This document shows positions 17,827 to 25,806 of a stretch of 64,000 nucleotides of DNA, one piece after another (position 1 is the stretch's first letter; each line of letters opens with the position of its first letter). The translations under genes and the position numbers were made by a program. The notes beneath the pieces are model-generated. The model did not search any database and was not told the origin of the DNA. It worked only from the letters and a program-made list of their open reading frames with translations. This DNA is from Longimicrobiales bacterium (GTDB taxonomy: Bacteria > Gemmatimonadota > Gemmatimonadetes > Longimicrobiales > Gaopeijiaceae), in assembly GCA_965202985.1 (NCBI GenBank), contig CBDBCF010000001.1, positions 2,624,001 through 2,688,000 on the forward strand, in the 5' to 3' direction.

Positions 17827-18853
17827 ACACGGCCCACCAGCCGTACGTGATGTAGCCGTATCCACGGCCGACCAGTGCGGTCAGGCCGAACTGGGCGATC
17901 AGCGCCCCCAGCAGCAGCAGCCCGCCGGCCAGCGCCACGCGCCCGCGAACCGACAGCACGATCCCGCGCTCGGCCGCGGTGCCGGCGACGCGCTCGTTGA
18001 GGGCGTGGATCATGCCGGCGCCGGTCTCGACCAAGGTGCCGAACAGCATCACCTGAAACGCGATCTGGAACGGCCTGGACCCGATCCGCTCCAGCATGTG
18101 GTTCACCGGGACCTCTTCGCCCAGGATCGCCGGGTACTCGCCCGCGATGGCCACGAAGAACAGCAGCGCGGGGATCATGGCGATCGGACCGGTCAGAAGT
18201 CCCGCGACCACGCTGTCCTTGCGGCTCTTGTGGTACCGCACCGTCAGGAGCACCGCGGGCAGGACGCCCAGGTTGTAGCCCGCGTACCTCAAGCCGTCCA
18301 GGAACCACCGTCCCTCCACGACTCCCCCGGCGAACGCGTGCTGGATCGACGGCCCGAACCGAACGACGCACCAGACGAAGAAGACCAGGTATACCGCATA
18401 CAGGACCCCGGACCAGCCGGACAGGGCCTTCTCGATGACCTCGTTGCCCCCGAAGACCAAGAGGCCCACCAAGATCATGATCCCCACCACGCCGACCAGA
18501 TCCGGGAACCCGAAAGTCTCGTGAAGGACGGCGCCCGCGGCCGCCGCGATCACCGCCAGCACGAGCATCATCATCGTCACGTACAAGACTTCGAACAGAA
18601 CCCACGCCGGCCCCAGCAGCCGCCGGAAGAAGGCTCGGTACTCGAAGACGCCGAACACGCGGGCGAACTCGTACACCGCGATGCACACCACGCTCCACGC
18701 CGCCGTCGAGACCGCCATCGCGAGCAGTCCCCCGACCGGGCCGCGCGCCAGAAAGAACTCCGCCAGCTCGCGGCCGGTACCGTAGCCGCCGGCGATCACC
18801 ACCGACTGAAACATGAACCCCGGCAGCAGGTACCGTCGAACGGCGCTGGTCAC
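17753..18853 (-). CDS. YkvI-family membrane protein
   Basis: FQSVVIAGGYGTGRELAEFF N-terminal motif; multiple TM helices. Confidence 0.8.
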   Translation of the reverse strand: MTSAVRRYLLPGFMFQSVVIAGGYGTGRELAEFFLARGPVGGLLAMAVSTAAWSVVCIAVYEFARVFGVFEYRAFFRRLLGPAWVLFEVLYVTMMMLVLAVIAAAAGAVLHETFGFPDLVGVVGIMILVGLLVFGGNEVIEKALSGWSGVLYAVYLVFFVWCVVRFGPSIQHAFAGGVVEGRWFLDGLRYAGYNLGVLPAVLLTVRYHKSRKDSVVAGLLTGPIAMIPALLFFVAIAGEYPAILGEEVPVNHMLERIGSRPFQIAFQVMLFGTLVETGAGMIHALNERVAGTAAERGIVLSVRGRVALAGGLLLLGALIAQFGLTALVGRGYGYITYGWWAVFIVPVLTWGLVLVRRESARQRDPA

Positions 18854-19156
18854 GAGCGTCCGATGCGGATCATGGCATCCGGCGCGGGTCGCGCGGGTCC
18901 GGCCACGGGGGTCGCAACGTAGTCACGGGCGTCCCGGCGCGGAACAAAAGGCGTCTCTTGGGCAGTTGCGGGCATGTCGGCCAACCTACGGGCCGACCCG
19001 GCTCCCGCGCCACACCGTCCAGGGCCCGTGCGCCTGTCGTGCGATGACGGAACGCTGATTTGGTGGTTGCATTCTCCCGGCTCGTTCCGCGGCACGCCAG
19101 TCGGTGCCCGTCCCGAAGCTCACTCCTGCACGCCCCCGCATGGAGGCCACCCCGAA

Positions 19157-20002
19157 ATGGATCGTCCTGCCCAAGAGCCCGAGTCGCGCCGGCACGACCA
19201 GACCTACAAGCTCTTGTTCTCGCACGCCCCGGCCGCCACCCACCTAGTCCGCGACTTCGCCGCCAAAGGCTGGAGCCGCGCCCTAGACCTCGCGACGCTC
19301 GATCCGTTTCCCACCGAGAGCGTCAGCCCGGACCTACGGCGCCGGCTGGGCGATTGCGCGTGGCGGGCGTGGCTCAGGGACGGCCGGGCGTCGGTCGTGT
19401 TTCTGGTCGAGTTCCAGTCCTCCGTGGACCGCGAAATGCTCTTCCGCACGATGAGCTACCGCCAAGCGGCACACCTGGCGTTCCACCGCTACCCGAGCCT
19501 GCGGGACCCGGGCGACGCCATGCCGTATACGATGTCCGTTGTCGTCTACTCGGGCGTGCCGCCGTGGACCGCCGCAACGACGCTGGCCGAACTGGCGTGC
19601 AGGCGAACGGCCTCGCTGCCGGAGGCGGCGCTTTGGCTGGGGGGCAGCGGGACGCACTCGCATGGCCACCGGTTGCTTGACTTGCAGTCGACGTTCGCGC
19701 AAGACTTGCTTCCGAAGGACAGCGTGCTCGACTGGATCGCGGCGATGGAGCGTGCTCCGTGGACGCACCTGCCGCGAGTTCGCCGAAGCTTGGCGAGGTG
19801 CTGGGGCGGACCGGAGCACTCGGCAGTGCGCAGAGCGCTCGCGGAGAGGACGACATGGAGACCTACGAAGACTGGGCGAGGGGCCACGAAGAGCGGGGCC
19901 GGGCCAAGGAAGGCCGGGCTATGGTGGTGCGGCAGGCCTCGCGGCGGTTCGGCGCAGAGACGGCGCAGCAGCTGGAGGGGTTGGTGGAGGGGATGGGCGT
20001 GA
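19157..20002 (+). pseudogene. Rpn/YhgA-like recombination-promoting nuclease, frame disrupted near 19850
   Basis: GGAGG RBS; HDQTYKLLFSH, LDLATL, RRLGDCAWR, LVEFQSSVDREMLFR, VVVYSG..PW; after RRALAE the frame loses protein-like character and the expected C-terminal module is in another frame. Confidence 0.75.
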
Positions 20003-20106
20003 AGGAGCTGGCTCGGGTCGGGGATGCGGTCGTGGACTGCGACACCGGCGACGAGCTGCTGGAGGCCGCCGAGAACGGGCCAAAGAGCCAGTCCAGCCCC
20101 CGGTGA
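19855..20106 (+). CDS. Rpn C-terminal small protein (RpnS/DUF4351-like), 83 aa
   Basis: GGAGAGGA-CGAC-ATG; METYEDWARGHEERGRAKEGRAMVVRQASRRFG...L..VGDAVVDC..GDELL. Confidence 0.7.
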   Translation: METYEDWARGHEERGRAKEGRAMVVRQASRRFGAETAQQLEGLVEGMGVKELARVGDAVVDCDTGDELLEAAENGPKSQSSPR

Positions 20107-20142
20107 CCCGCGCCGGGACGTTGGGGCGGCATCCGGCCACGA

Positions 20143-20170
20143 TTGCGCGCGGTCGCGAATGCGCTATTCT
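20143..20170 (+). promoter_or_regulatory. Putative sigma70 promoter for the ATPase-TOPRIM pair
   Basis: TTGCGC-16 nt-TATTCT, then a CGACGGG/CCCGTCG hairpin before ATG 20240. Confidence 0.4.
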
Positions 20171-20239
20171 TGGCGATGCACCGACGGGTAGTCCCGATAG
20201 CCCGTCGTTCGCCGGTCCCACCGTCAACGCAGCAACCCG

Positions 20240-21346
20240 ATGATCAAGAAACTGTACATCGACAACTTTCGTTGCTTCGTCAACTTCGAACTGCAACTCG
20301 ACGAGGTGGCGATCATCCTGGGAAGCAACGGCACCGGCAAGAGCACCGTGCTCGGTGTGCTGTACAAGCTTCAAGAGCTGGTCGTTCGCGGAAGGAGGAT
20401 CGACGAAGTCTTTTCAGCACGAGACCTGTCAATGACGCATTCGCGCGACACTCAGGTGTTTGCAGTCGACCTGGCGGTTGCCGACGGCGACTATCGTTAC
20501 GAGTTGATGATTGAGCACGATCGAGACCGAGACAAGATGCGGATTCAGCGAGAGGAACTTCGGATCGACGGCAATCCGTTGTTCTCGTTCCAAACCGGGA
20601 AGGCGCAACTTTATCGAGACGATCACAGCACGGGACCATCGTATCCGTTCGACTGGGCGCGCTCCGGCGTAGCGTCTCTGTACGAGAGTCCGGACAACCG
20701 CAAGCTATCGCGATTCAAGCGTGAACTGGCGAATCTGATCATTGTGAAGCCATGTCCTCCATTGTTCGATTCCGAGACCAAAGCCGAAGACGAATTCCTC
20801 GAACCGACGATGCGAAACTTCGTTGGTTGGTACCGTTATGCGGCCCAAGAGAACATGGGGGCGCTTGCAAAGTTGTTCGCCGACTTGAAGGACATTCTTC
20901 CGGGCTTCGAATCGATCAGTCTTTCCAAGTCCGGGACGAGCCGGTTTGTGCTCAAGGCGTTGTTTGATGGTTCAGACAGCGCCGACAAGCACATGAAATA
21001 CGGATTCGATCAGCTTTCCGACGGCCAAAGGGCGTTGGTCGCCTTGTATTCTCTGTTGATCCTGCCTGGCGAGAGAAGGGTATCGCTGTTCATCGACGAA
21101 CCCGACGCATATCTGTCCCTGGGCGAAGTCCAGCCGTGGATCAGTCAAGTGTTCGACGCTTGCGGAGAAAGCTTGGAGCAAGCGGTTCTCGTGTCGCATC
21201 ACCCGATAACGATCGACTACTTGGCGGGAACGTGTGCGAAGTGGTTCTCGCGAGACGGGGATGGCCCAGTGCGAGTGTCCGACGAGTCCGGTTTTTCGGA
21301 TCAAGCCCTCCCGATTTCGCAGCTGATTGCTAGGGAGCAAACTTGA
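20240..21346 (+). CDS. ABC-type ATPase (AAA_15/AAA_21-like)
   Basis: MIKKLYIDNFRCF, Walker A GSNGTGKS, signature LSDGQR, Walker B LFIDEPD, H-loop VSHHP; visibly lower GC. Confidence 0.88.
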   Translation: MIKKLYIDNFRCFVNFELQLDEVAIILGSNGTGKSTVLGVLYKLQELVVRGRRIDEVFSARDLSMTHSRDTQVFAVDLAVADGDYRYELMIEHDRDRDKMRIQREELRIDGNPLFSFQTGKAQLYRDDHSTGPSYPFDWARSGVASLYESPDNRKLSRFKRELANLIIVKPCPPLFDSETKAEDEFLEPTMRNFVGWYRYAAQENMGALAKLFADLKDILPGFESISLSKSGTSRFVLKALFDGSDSADKHMKYGFDQLSDGQRALVALYSLLILPGERRVSLFIDEPDAYLSLGEVQPWISQVFDACGESLEQAVLVSHHPITIDYLAGTCAKWFSRDGDGPVRVSDESGFSDQALPISQLIAREQT

Positions 21347-21873
21347 AGATCGTTCTGCTGTGCGAAGATATGCAGACGATAATGTTCATACGTCGATTTC
21401 TCAAGAAGCGAAAGTTCAAGCCCCGCGACATCTTTGTGCGTGAGACGGCGGCCGGCAAGAAGTCGGGCGAACAATGGGTTCGAGAAGAATTCCCCAAGGA
21501 ACTGCGATACGCCCGCAGCGGCACGGGACGTTTCCTGATCGTGGTTATCGACGCGGATACTGGATCAACGCAGGATAGGTTGTCGCAACTGACCCGGGAG
21601 TGCACCAGGCAAGGAATTGCCGGAAAAACGGACTCCGATCCCGTTATCGTTGCCGTCCCTCGGCGCAACATCGAGACGTGGTTTGCGTATCTTCGGGGGA
21701 CGAACGTCGAGGAGACCACAGCATATCCGCGGCTCCGCCAACCACGGGGCTGCTTGCCCTTGGCCGACGAGCTGTATCGGATGTGTCACAGGGCGCAGAG
21801 TCTTCGCGAGCCGGTGCCTCCGTCGTTGCAGGCGGCTTGTCGCGAGTACCCGAAGCTGAAACGGGAGCGTTGA
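21343..21873 (+). CDS. Small TOPRIM-like protein partnering the ATPase
   Basis: IVLLCED, VVIDAD (DxD), PRRNIETW; TTGA overlap with the ATPase stop. Confidence 0.7.
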   Translation: MKIVLLCEDMQTIMFIRRFLKKRKFKPRDIFVRETAAGKKSGEQWVREEFPKELRYARSGTGRFLIVVIDADTGSTQDRLSQLTRECTRQGIAGKTDSDPVIVAVPRRNIETWFAYLRGTNVEETTAYPRLRQPRGCLPLADELYRMCHRAQSLREPVPPSLQAACREYPKLKRER

Positions 21874-21929
21874 GGCACCTCTAGCTGCGCCATCTGTCGC
21901 GGTCGCGCCGGAAGATCGGGTTCGTGCGG

Positions 21930-23777
21930 TCAGCTCGTGTCCCGACGTTCGCGTACGCCCCTTGGCGCGACGCGCGCTTCCGCCTTTGCCAAGCCCCAGT
22001 CCACCGCCATGGCCAGGGTGGCGGCAGGGACGGCGCCCGACAGGATCATCACCGGGTCGGACAGAGCGAGCCCGGCCACGATTGGGTCGCCCAGGCCGCC
22101 GGCGCCGACGAACGCCGCCAGGGTAGCGGTTCCGACGTTGATGACGGCTGCGGTCCGCACGCCGGCCATGATCACCGGCGCGGCCAAGGGGAGCCGGATG
22201 CGTCCCAGCAGCTGGCGTTCGGTCATGCCGAGCGCCCGTCCGGACTCCACGGCGTCGGGCGCGGCGCCTACGATTCCCGTGTAGGTGTTTCGCAGGACGG
22301 GAAGCAGCGAGTACAGGAACAGGGCCGCGATCGCGGGGGCCGAGCCGATGCCGAAGACGGGGATCATGAACGCCAGGAGGGCGATCCCGGGGATCGTCTG
22401 CAGAAGGCCCGCGAACCGAATGGCGGCCTCGGCCAGCGAACGGCGCCGCTCCAGCAGGACCCCGGTCGGCACGGCCATCAGCACGGCCGCCCCCAAGGAG
22501 GCCAGAACCAGAAGAAGGTGGCGCCCCGCCTGTTGCCCAAGTTCGCCGCGACCCGCCCACATGTAGGCAGGAAGCTCGCGGATCGGCCGCCGGGTGCCGG
22601 CTCGTTGTCCGCCGGTGCCTGTCGATGTTGCGACGTCTGGGGACGGCGTGTCCTCGTCCGCCGACGCGCCCGCCTCGCCGACGGCGCCGGAACCCGACGC
22701 CTGGTCCGCCCCCGCGCCTTCGCCCGCCAGCTCTCCGTCGCCCCTCCCTCCGGCCTCGTCCGCCAACCCGGCTTCGGCCAGGAGAGCCTGCGCCGCCTCG
22801 GCCACGGGCGCTCCGTCCAGTTCGACCCGTTCGTTGGCTCGCCTCATGAGTTCCGGCCCGATCCGGCCCGCGAGCGCCGACAACGCCAGCACTGCACCGG
22901 GCCGCTCGGCGTAGAAGGCGGACCCGACGAGCGGTGCGGCGTGGTACGGAGGGAAGAAGCCGCGGTCGTCGACCATCACGGCCAAGTCGTAGCGGGCGAC
23001 GGCGCCGTCGGTGGAGTAGGCGTCGATCACGTCCACTTCCCCGGCGGCAAGCGCTTGGTACTTGACGGCCTGGAGCAGTGCCCGCGTCTCCCGAAACCGC
23101 ATCCGATACGCGTCGGCCAGTCCCGGCAACCCGTCGGCGCGGCCCACGAAGTCCGGCGAGAAGCCGCCGGCCAGCGTCGGGGCGACCCGTGCCAACCCCG
23201 AGAGCGTTCCGATTCCCAGCGAATCCGCCGCCGAGCGGCGCATCGCGACGGCGTAGGTGTTCTCGAACCCCAGCGGGGGCAGCCATCGCAGTCCCCAACG
23301 AGCCTCGAACTGGTCGGACACGCGACGGAAAACGGCATCCGGCCCGCCCTGCGGAGTCTCGCCCAGGATCGCCGCCAGACCCGTGCCGGTGTATTCGGGA
23401 TAGACGTGAACCTCGCCCTGAACCAACGCCTGGAAGACCAGCTCGGTCGAGCCGAATCCGAAACGGCGGTCGACTCGGTGGTCATGGTGCTCCAGCAGCT
23501 GGGCGAACGTCTCGGCCAGCACGTACGACTCGGCGAACGGCTTTGACGCGACCACGACGGGTCCGCGCTCGGCCCCCGGCTGCTGTTCGGCTTCCAGGGC
23601 CGCCGCCTCTTCCCGCGCCTGGGCGGCTAGCGGCTGCGCGAATGCGACCCAGCCCAGGCACGTCCCGGCGGCCGCTCCCGCCAGCAGTCGCCACGCCGGC
23701 AGCCCGCTTGGGCCTGCCAACGGCCGCCGCGCCCGTGCGGCCCGCGCGGCCCGCGCTGGCCTCGCCGCCCGCCTCAC
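21930..23777 (-). CDS. Glycine betaine/osmoprotectant ABC transporter, fused substrate-binding and permease protein
   Basis: VVASKPFAESYVL, YPEYTGT, LGFENTYA, FPPY, then permease QTIPGIALL, LLPVLRNTYTG, EAA-like loop, AFVGAGGLG. Confidence 0.9.
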   Translation of the reverse strand: MRRAARPARAARAARARRPLAGPSGLPAWRLLAGAAAGTCLGWVAFAQPLAAQAREEAAALEAEQQPGAERGPVVVASKPFAESYVLAETFAQLLEHHDHRVDRRFGFGSTELVFQALVQGEVHVYPEYTGTGLAAILGETPQGGPDAVFRRVSDQFEARWGLRWLPPLGFENTYAVAMRRSAADSLGIGTLSGLARVAPTLAGGFSPDFVGRADGLPGLADAYRMRFRETRALLQAVKYQALAAGEVDVIDAYSTDGAVARYDLAVMVDDRGFFPPYHAAPLVGSAFYAERPGAVLALSALAGRIGPELMRRANERVELDGAPVAEAAQALLAEAGLADEAGGRGDGELAGEGAGADQASGSGAVGEAGASADEDTPSPDVATSTGTGGQRAGTRRPIRELPAYMWAGRGELGQQAGRHLLLVLASLGAAVLMAVPTGVLLERRRSLAEAAIRFAGLLQTIPGIALLAFMIPVFGIGSAPAIAALFLYSLLPVLRNTYTGIVGAAPDAVESGRALGMTERQLLGRIRLPLAAPVIMAGVRTAAVINVGTATLAAFVGAGGLGDPIVAGLALSDPVMILSGAVPAATLAMAVDWGLAKAEARVAPRGVRERRDTS

Positions 23778-23790
23778 TCCGCCGCCCGCT

Positions 23791-24519
23791 TCACCCCGCC
23801 ACCCCCGACCGCTTCACCAGCTCGGCCGCGTACCCCCGCGCACGCCGCACCAGCTCGCCGGCGGGCGCCTCCAGCACGACCCGGCCCGCGCGCATCACCG
23901 CCACCCGCGTGGCCACCCGGAGCGCCTCCGACAAGTCGTGCGTCACCAGCACGGCGGTCACGCCGGCCGACTTGCGCAACGCCACGAACGACGCCTGGGC
24001 CTCGGAGCGGGTCACCGCGTCCAGGGCGCCGAAAGGCTCGTCCATGAGCACGATGTCGGGGCCGGCCGCCAGCGCGCGCGCGATCGCGACCCGTTGCCTC
24101 TGGCCTCCCGACAGGTCGCGGGGGTAGCGCGCGCCGAACACGTCCGGGTCCAGGCCGGCCGCCTCCAGCGCGCTCCTTCCCAGGGCTTCCGCGCCGGAGA
24201 GCCCAAGCAGGCCGGGCACCAGCGCCGCGTTGGCCAGGCAGGTCCAGTGGGGGATCAGGCCGCCGTCCTGCTGGACGTATCCGATAGAGCGGCGAAGCTG
24301 CACCGGGTCCGCCGCGGCCACGGACCGCCCCCGAACCAGGACTTGGCCCCGGTCCAGCACCGTCAGTCGATTCACTGCGCGCAACAGCGTGGTCTTGCCG
24401 GACCCGCTTTCGCCGACCAGCGCCAGGCACGTGCCGGCCTCGACCGTCAGGGAGACGCCGTCCAGAGCCGCAATCCGGCCGTACCGCTTGTACGCGCCTT
24501 CGATCTCGATCAGGGCCAC
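23791..24519 (-). CDS. Osmoprotectant ABC transporter ATP-binding subunit
   Basis: GESGSGKTT, LRRSIGYVQQ, LSGGQRQRV, LMDEPFGALD; GTG at 24519. Confidence 0.9.
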   Translation of the reverse strand: MALIEIEGAYKRYGRIAALDGVSLTVEAGTCLALVGESGSGKTTLLRAVNRLTVLDRGQVLVRGRSVAAADPVQLRRSIGYVQQDGGLIPHWTCLANAALVPGLLGLSGAEALGRSALEAAGLDPDVFGARYPRDLSGGQRQRVAIARALAAGPDIVLMDEPFGALDAVTRSEAQASFVALRKSAGVTAVLVTHDLSEALRVATRVAVMRAGRVVLEAPAGELVRRARGYAAELVKRSGVAG

Positions 24520-25637
24520 GGCACGCCTTCGCGCAAGGCTCGAACCACAACCTCGGGGTCCGCGTTGCCCCCGGTCACCACTGCCACCGCCGCTTCTTCG
24601 GGCGCCAACGGAATGCGGCCGTGCATGAGCGCCGCCACGGCAGCAGCGCCCGACGGCTCCGCCAGCAGCTTGGCCCGCGTCAACAGGAGCCGCATGGCGG
24701 ACAGGATCTCGGCGTCGGACACCAAGACCACGTCCTCCACGAACCGGGCCACGTACCGGTAGTTGAGTTCGCCCGCAAATGGCGGCGCCAGTCCGTCGGC
24801 GATCGTGTCCGTCCCTTCCAAGCGGATGGGCCGCCCCGCGTCCAGGCTGCGGCGCATCGCAGGCGCCCCCTCCGGTTCCACGCCGAAGACGCGCCACCCT
24901 CGCGCGCCGGTCCGACTGTCCTCCCCGGTCCAGTCACCCGGTCCGCCCCCGCCCGCGCGCGAAAGCTGGCCGGTTGCCGAAGGCTGGCCGGTCACCCCCA
25001 GCTGGCCGGTCGCCCCCAGTCGGCCGGTTTCCGCCAGCCTGCCGGTCGCCGCGAGCGCACCCGCGATCCCCGCGATCTGTCCGCCGCCGCCCACGGGCGC
25101 CACCACGGCAGCCGGACCGTCCAAGTCCTCGGCTACCTCCAGTCCGGTCGACCCGTGGCCGGCCACGACGGGGGCCGCGTCGAAGGGATGCAGGAACGCG
25201 AGCCCGTCCCGATCGGCCAAGCGGCCGGCCTCCTCGAAGGCGTCGGCCGCGTCGCCCCGCAGGACCACCTTGGCCCCGTACCCCCGCGCTGCCGCAATCT
25301 TGGACGGCGAAGCCTTCTCGGGCATGACCACGACCGCTTCGGTCTCCGCCTTGCGGGCCGCCCAAGCCACGGCTTGCGCGTGGTTGCCCGCCGACACCGT
25401 GACGACTCCCGGCAACGGATCGCCCGGCGGACGGCCCTCCCGCAACGCCGCAATCGACGCCAGCGCCCCACGCACCTTGAAGGAGCCGGTCTTCTGCAGG
25501 TTCTCGCACTTGAGCCACGCGGCCGGGGCGGCAATGCCCCTCGCAAGCGTACGGCACGACAGCAGCGGTGTGCGGTGCAGCGACGGGGCGGCCAAGCGCC
25601 TGGCCTCCTCGAAGTCGCGCCGCGACAGCCAGTCCAT
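24510..25637 (-). CDS. PLP-dependent threonine/serine dehydratase (catabolic, no ACT domain)
   Basis: LKCENLQKTGSFKVRGA, SAGNHAQA, HPFD, PVGGGG, GVEPEGA, TIADGL, EPSGAA, VTGGN; AAGGAG RBS. Confidence 0.9.
   Translation of the reverse strand: MDWLSRRDFEEARRLAAPSLHRTPLLSCRTLARGIAAPAAWLKCENLQKTGSFKVRGALASIAALREGRPPGDPLPGVVTVSAGNHAQAVAWAARKAETEAVVVMPEKASPSKIAAARGYGAKVVLRGDAADAFEEAGRLADRDGLAFLHPFDAAPVVAGHGSTGLEVAEDLDGPAAVVAPVGGGGQIAGIAGALAATGRLAETGRLGATGQLGVTGQPSATGQLSRAGGGGPGDWTGEDSRTGARGWRVFGVEPEGAPAMRRSLDAGRPIRLEGTDTIADGLAPPFAGELNYRYVARFVEDVVLVSDAEILSAMRLLLTRAKLLAEPSGAAAVAALMHGRIPLAPEEAAVAVVTGGNADPEVVVRALREGVPWP
24964..25053. repeat. Five degenerate 18-bp tandem repeats inside the dehydratase
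   Basis: AGCTGGCCGGTTGCCGAA / GGCTGGCCGGTCACCCCC / AGCTGGCCGGTCGCCCCC / AGTCGGCCGGTTTCCGCC / AGCCTGCCGGTCGCCGCG, encoding xTG(R/Q)Lx units. Confidence 0.75.
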
Positions 25638-25806
25638 GGACGGCTCCTTTCTCGCTGGGAATCTAGCCCCATTGCCGGAGGCGCCGCCTGCCGCAAGAGG
25701 CGCAGCACGCGGTTGCCGGAGGCGTCGCGCGGCGATAGGTTGAAGCTGGTTCTCTCCGCGCCGCTGCTTCCAAACCACACGACCGTCAAAAGGACGGAAC
25801 GACACC

